This document shows positions 59,070-64,000 of a DNA stretch of 64,000 nucleotides, in pieces. Numbering within the stretch: position 1 is the stretch's first letter; each line of letters opens with the position of its first letter. Position numbers and translations under genes: made by a program. Below the pieces are notes generated by a model. The model worked only from the letters and a program-made list of their open reading frames with translations, ran no database searches and was not told the DNA's origin. Source of the DNA: Flaccisagitta enflata. Taxonomy: Eukaryota. The DNA lies in assembly GCA_965153355.1 (NCBI GenBank), contig OZ231126.1, positions 7,006,001 to 7,070,000 on the forward strand. The letters are read 5' to 3'.

Positions 59070-62000
59070 GCCTGACATACCTGCCAACTCTGCTTCCAAC
59101 TTCACCATTGAGGCGTTTGTATGCGGGAAATTGCGCCATCAAATCCATACAAGCATCATTCATTCGTCGTGGATTGCAGTTGAATTTGGAGAACAACAAC
59201 ATTGAAGAGATGCCACGTGATGAGTTACTCACCTTTCTCAATGGAGGAGGAACATTCCACTATAGGGATGGAATATCATTCTCCCTGAATCCATTGACTT
59301 ACCCTCCAAAGCATATCTATGAAGAGGGTAAGGAATCTGTAATCAAATACTTGACGAACTTTAGCAACTCTATGGTCAATGCCGATGATGTCACAATCAT
59401 GTTGATTGGTAAACAAGAGGCTGGTAAGACTTCTCTAGGCCACTGTCTGGCAGGGAAAATTGTGTCTGCCAGTGAAATCCTCAAATTAGATCGCACCCAG
59501 GCATTTGATAACTACATTTGCATATTACAAGGGACCAAAGTTAAAATCATTGATTTAGGTGGTCACAAAGAGTATGAATCTTGTCTGGCTGTGCTGCTCA
59601 GGGAAAATGGTCTCTTCATATGTCTCTTGAACCCAAATGATCTGAAAAGTGAGGAAACGATCCATGAAGCAGTTTGGCAGTGGGTAGAGAAGGTCCTCGA
59701 TGGCGTTGACAGTCCTCACTTTCTGTTTGTGGTCTCAAAAATTGATGAGATTGAGGAGGCAGAGAGAGCAGAAAGAGTAGGTGAGATGAGGAAAGTGCTG
59801 AAAGCATATCTTGAGGGCAAAAGGGATGAGTTGCTCGAGGCAAGAAAAGCAAGGGAAGAAACACTTAAAGAGGAATTAGCAGATGCTGATGGTGATGAAG
59901 AAAGGAAGAGTCGGTTGGAAAAAAACCTGAGCAAACAGACCAACAAAGTCAGGAATCCACCAAACTTTAACACAGAATGCATTTCCTTTGTCAGCTCTGC
60001 AGATAGACAAGGTTATGATCAGTTGGAGAATCATTTGAAGAAGGCAATTGATCAATCATCAAAAGTCTTGATACAAGAGCATTGGAAGGATACCATTGAT
60101 TGGCTTTTATCTAAGAATCAAGACAAGCCATATGTCCATTTGAGTGAGTTACTCAAAAACACAACCCTTTCTGAGTACGAAGTGAATGAATTACTCAAGG
60201 CACTGACTCACATAGGAACTATAGTATGGGATGATAGTCAAGAAAGAAGAGGAATCATTTTCCACCGACTTGACCAACTTGCAGTGATCATGAAAGCCAT
60301 TTTCTATCATGACATGAATCACGTTCTCAGTCTCTTTGCATCCTTTGCACAAGTTGACAAAGAATCCCTCATCAAACACTACAAACAAGGACTGTTGCCA
60401 TTTGACCTCATTCGACCCATGTTTACTCATGTTACCACACACTTGGCAAAACCCCTAGACAACCTTAACACATCGCAGGTTATCCCTGAATCACGCCTTG
60501 AACACCCCCGTGATAGGATCCAAATCAAATTTGATGACATTGATTTCAGCCATGTTGATTCTTCATCAGACAATCTAATGGAATCCTTTCTCTCTACCCT
60601 TTCCCAGTTGAGTATTGCTTTGCTAGTTGATGAGGAAATTATGGGACTTAAGATGGTTTATGTCCCTCATCTATCCTATGAACAAACAACTGATCCTAAC
60701 TGGATTGAGAGCTTTGCACCCTCAAATCCCCCTTTCCAACTGGGTGTAGGCTTTAGTTTTGAAACATCAGTTTGTAAAAAGACCATGGCAAAATGTTGCG
60801 TAGAGTCAATGGCAGTCATGCAAAGGCTTACCAAAATCACCAGTCAAAAACTTGAGCTGCTTGCAAAAGTTGATGCAGCCATCATGTTTACTGACAATTT
60901 TCATGTCAGCCTGAGTAAAACTGATCCCCAGGAAATGAGGTTATTTGTCATGCTCAAAAAAGATGGTATTCTCCCTGAGACAGTTTGGATTCTTGTCAAT
61001 GATATAACGGCAAAATTCAAGCTGGCAGATCGCGATTGTAAATTACTTTGCCCCATCCAGAAGAGCCAGAACCATGGTGATTATGATCCCAGTCCAACAT
61101 ATCATGGAAAGTCATTGGAAGAAGCAAAGAAATGGGGAAGAAAAGCCTCTAAAGATTTGTGCCGCAAGTGCAAGATTGAGGCCTGCTTCCCTAGTCAATT
61201 AGCAATTGAAATGATGGCCACTCTTCACACCCAAGAGGGTAAGTGCTATTCCCCACTGGCCATCAAACCCCACGATTCTGGCAAAGCTCTGGCACATTAT
61301 CTGGAAACGCGGACCTTGCTTTCCGTTATTGCTGACCATAAGATTGAGAACCCAACTATCCTCAAACAGATGCCCGCCTTCTATCAGACACACCGTGATA
61401 GGTTCCTGAAAATAATACGTCCTGTTAGGCAGCACTTCGACAACATCTCCATATGCAATGAAAAAGCTCACCAAAAAGGATGTAAATGCTTTCAAACTTC
61501 CACAGAGTACATAACAAGCTTTACCCAAATAGAGCAAAATTCTGCGATTGTCACAAAAGGGGATTGGACAAAATCACTGACCACTCTTAAGGTGAAATAC
61601 CCCAAATTCCTGCAAGAATTTACTGGTGTGCCCTGTGGTGTGGCTGCAATGGTAAGAAACTTTCGCAATTTTGCAGCTCATGAAGATCCAGAGGAGTTGA
61701 GTGATGAGTTTTGGTTGGCTCTCAGTGGTAGCTTTGAGTATACTTGCATGCACTGCTTTGCTACAAGAGTCCGCACCTCACTCTCTCAGCACCCTGAACT
61801 GATGCTCCTTGCTGATGCTTTCTTTCAGTATGAGACTTCCATGTGCAATGAGGGCTCAGACAAGGGAATTTTGTCAAGACCATGTCTGCCATTGCTATGG
61901 GTTGTCTTGTTCTTTGCCAATGGAACCGAGAAGGAGTCAACTTTCTACTTTGACTCAAAAGATCCTTTGATTGGCAAAATTGCTCCAGTCTTCCAATTGC

Positions 62001-62401
62001 CAAAGAATTTCACAGCAAGGATCACTTACCACGGAATCTTCACAGGGGCCAAGCCATTAGACCCAAGTCTGGGCCGAGAATTGTCATCACCTGAGGATTT
62101 TGTGTCACTAAACCTTGACACGAGATACACTCACCTCATTCACGTGAATGAGTGGAAAGTCAATGTCCAAATTAAAACAATTACGACAACTGTTGAGAAG
62201 GAATTCACTTCCAGTGATACCGCTGAAACAGTTTTGAAGTATGTTGAGGAGCAGGCTGGTGTCAAAAAACTGGTTTTGCACTATGACAAAAAGAAGATGG
62301 GCAAATCTGACAGCATTGGATCGGTTTGCAAGGGTACAACATGCCAATTGGTAGCATTAGATCCTAGAAGTAGAGAACAAAGAGACAGGTTTCTCTCCTG
62401 A
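59070..62401 (+). CDS. ROCO gene exon 4: last LRRs, Roc GTPase, COR, candidate HEPN and ubiquitin-like domain(s) (MFHAS1-like ROCO core)
   Basis: Acceptor (CT)n-ccag at 59069; phase 1 gives GLTYLPTLLPTSPLRRLYAGNC, in frame with ORF 59108..62401. LRR-Roc linker NPLTYPPKHIYEEGKESVIKYL. P-loop GKQEAGKT (59408-59431), G3 DLGG (59552-59563), G4 SKID (59735-59746), G5 VSSA (about 59990), with a helical insert between G4 and G5. COR-like W..YVHL..LLKALTHIGTIVW..IFHRL. RNFAAH at 61664-61681. Spliced product about 1787 aa from ATG 53667. Confidence 0.93.
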
Positions 62402-62611
62402 GGCAGTCGCACATGCCAATTGGTAGCATTAAATCCTAGAAGTAAAGAGAGAGACAGGTTCCTTTCATAACTTCGTTGCCCATGATGGAGTTGCAATGTT
62501 AGGAAGGAAAACTTTTTTGTATATTTTTTTCTAAATAGGATGTGTGTTATTACTACCTTGATCAAAACTCTTCGTCCACCTGTTATCACTTATAACTGTG
62601 TATCTCAATGA

Positions 62612-62621
62612 AATAAATAAA
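62612..62621 (+). promoter_or_regulatory. Putative polyadenylation signal(s) of the ROCO gene
   Basis: Overlapping AATAAA hexamers about 210 nt after the stop codon. Confidence 0.5.
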
Positions 62622-62724
62622 AGAAAAATTGGCAAGATTCAAAAATTAGATCAAAAGTTCTGTCAGTTGTTACCAATCTGGTCCCTGTGGCTCCAACCTT
62701 ATAGAAATCAGAGCATTTTGAAAG

Positions 62725-63659
62725 TAACTATGGCAAAATAAAAAAAGACAGTAATTTTTAAAATGATATTGTGAGCTCATTTTTTAGAGCAGCTTTTTAA
62801 TTTTCGAGACTATGATAGTTTGTCAAATTTGCTACCTAGCAAAAAAATCAGATCTTGAAAAAATTGATTTTTGCGCCCATAGCATTGATTTTTGAAAAAT
62901 TTGTATATTGAACAATTGCCAAGTTGATATCAGTTTCAGTTTAGATCTAACTTTGAAAATCTACTGTGAGCTCAATTTTTAGAGCAAGATCAAAATTTTT
63001 GACACAGTGAAAAAATCAGAACTCAAAAAAGTTTATTTTTGTAGCTGCAACATCGATTTTTGTAAAATCAGTTGAAGTTGGATGGTCAAAATAAAAAAAC
63101 ATTTATTCAGAATTGATTTCAAATGTTAATTTTTTTTGTAGCTTCATATTTTTTTTTAGATGATGATAGTATGACAAGTTTTTGACACAGCAAAAAAATC
63201 AGAACTCAAAAAAATGTATTTTTGCACTAGTATCATCAATTTTTGTGAATAGACCTCCAATAAAAACTTTAGAATTGATATCCAGTTTTGACAGATTTTA
63301 CAAGAATTGATGTAGAAGGTACAAAAATAGACTTTTTTGAATTATGATTTTTTTGCTATGTCAGAAATTTGACCTGCTATTACCATCTCATAAATATTGA
63401 TCTTGCTATTAAAATTGAGCTTAGAGTAAATTTTTAAAGTTTGATCTGAACTGAAACCTATTTGGCGGTTGTTCAATTGACAAATTTTGCAAAACTCAAT
63501 GCTTCGGGCGCAAAAATCAATTTTTTCAAGATCTGATTTTTTTACCAGGTAGCAAATTTAACAAACTATCACAGTCTCAAAAATTATAAACCTGCTCTGA
63601 AAAATAAGCTCACAATATCATTTTGAAAATTACTGTCTTTTTTTATTTTGCCATAGTTA
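62725..63659. mobile_element. Palindromic TA-flanked MITE downstream of the ROCO gene
   Basis: taactatggcaaaataaaaaaagacagtaa ... ttactgtctttttttattttgccatagtta; the arms pair over most of their length. Confidence 0.8.
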
Positions 63660-64000
63660 ACATACCATTTTTGAAAATGCAGAAAAAAAACTGATTTTTT
63701 TTCTTGATGGAAGGCTGAATACATGGCTGCCAAAGTTTTGTGCGGGTGGGCAGGTGCAGAGATAAAACATGCTAACTCAAGCGTTTGGGCAGGAGCAGTG
63801 AGGCAAAAGATGCCCAAAAACACCAAAAATGCTAAAAAAAGCGAGCATGCGACTAAAGATACATGCTGTAGTAATATTTTGCCTAAAAAAGTCTGTCACC
63901 TTGTATTTTGCATCATGATAAACATGTATGGCCTAAGAACTAGATCATTCATCCCATCTTAAATCAGAATTGAGGGGTTTTAAGCAAAATAATAATTTGT

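Noticed and set aside
59070-62401. Assigning the symbol MFHAS1 or LRRK2
   Set aside because: There is no kinase or WD40 domain, so it is not LRRK. The resemblance to MFHAS1 is limited to the Roc-COR style, and orthology cannot be shown without a phylogeny.

Overview
Eukaryotic, probably invertebrate animal, genomic DNA. It is AT-rich and packed with microsatellites and non-autonomous transposons: Helentron/DINE-1-like HINEs, Tc1/mariner- and hAT-type MITEs, a 4.8-kb foldback element, a truncated CR1/L2-type LINE, and a Penelope-like remnant with candidate hammerhead ribozymes. Two spliced host genes can be read on the + strand. (1) Five exons of a divergent CPA1 Na+/H+ exchanger (SLC9C/SOS1-like) at 2626-14717, incomplete in this window. 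(2) A four-exon ROCO gene at about 53667-62401: polyE/polyQ N-terminus, about 15 LRRs, a Roc GTPase and COR region of MFHAS1-like type, then a candidate HEPN RNase domain (RNFAAH, Rx4H) and one or two C-terminal ubiquitin-like folds. Its two duplicated 135-nt LRR cassette exons differ only at amino-acid-changing codons on the predicted ligand-binding face and are separated by (GAT)n tracts. The best candidate for an undescribed system is this diversifying LRR-sensor / dimerising GTPase / HEPN-nuclease innate-immune protein. All domain calls were made by eye from motifs; no database searches were run.
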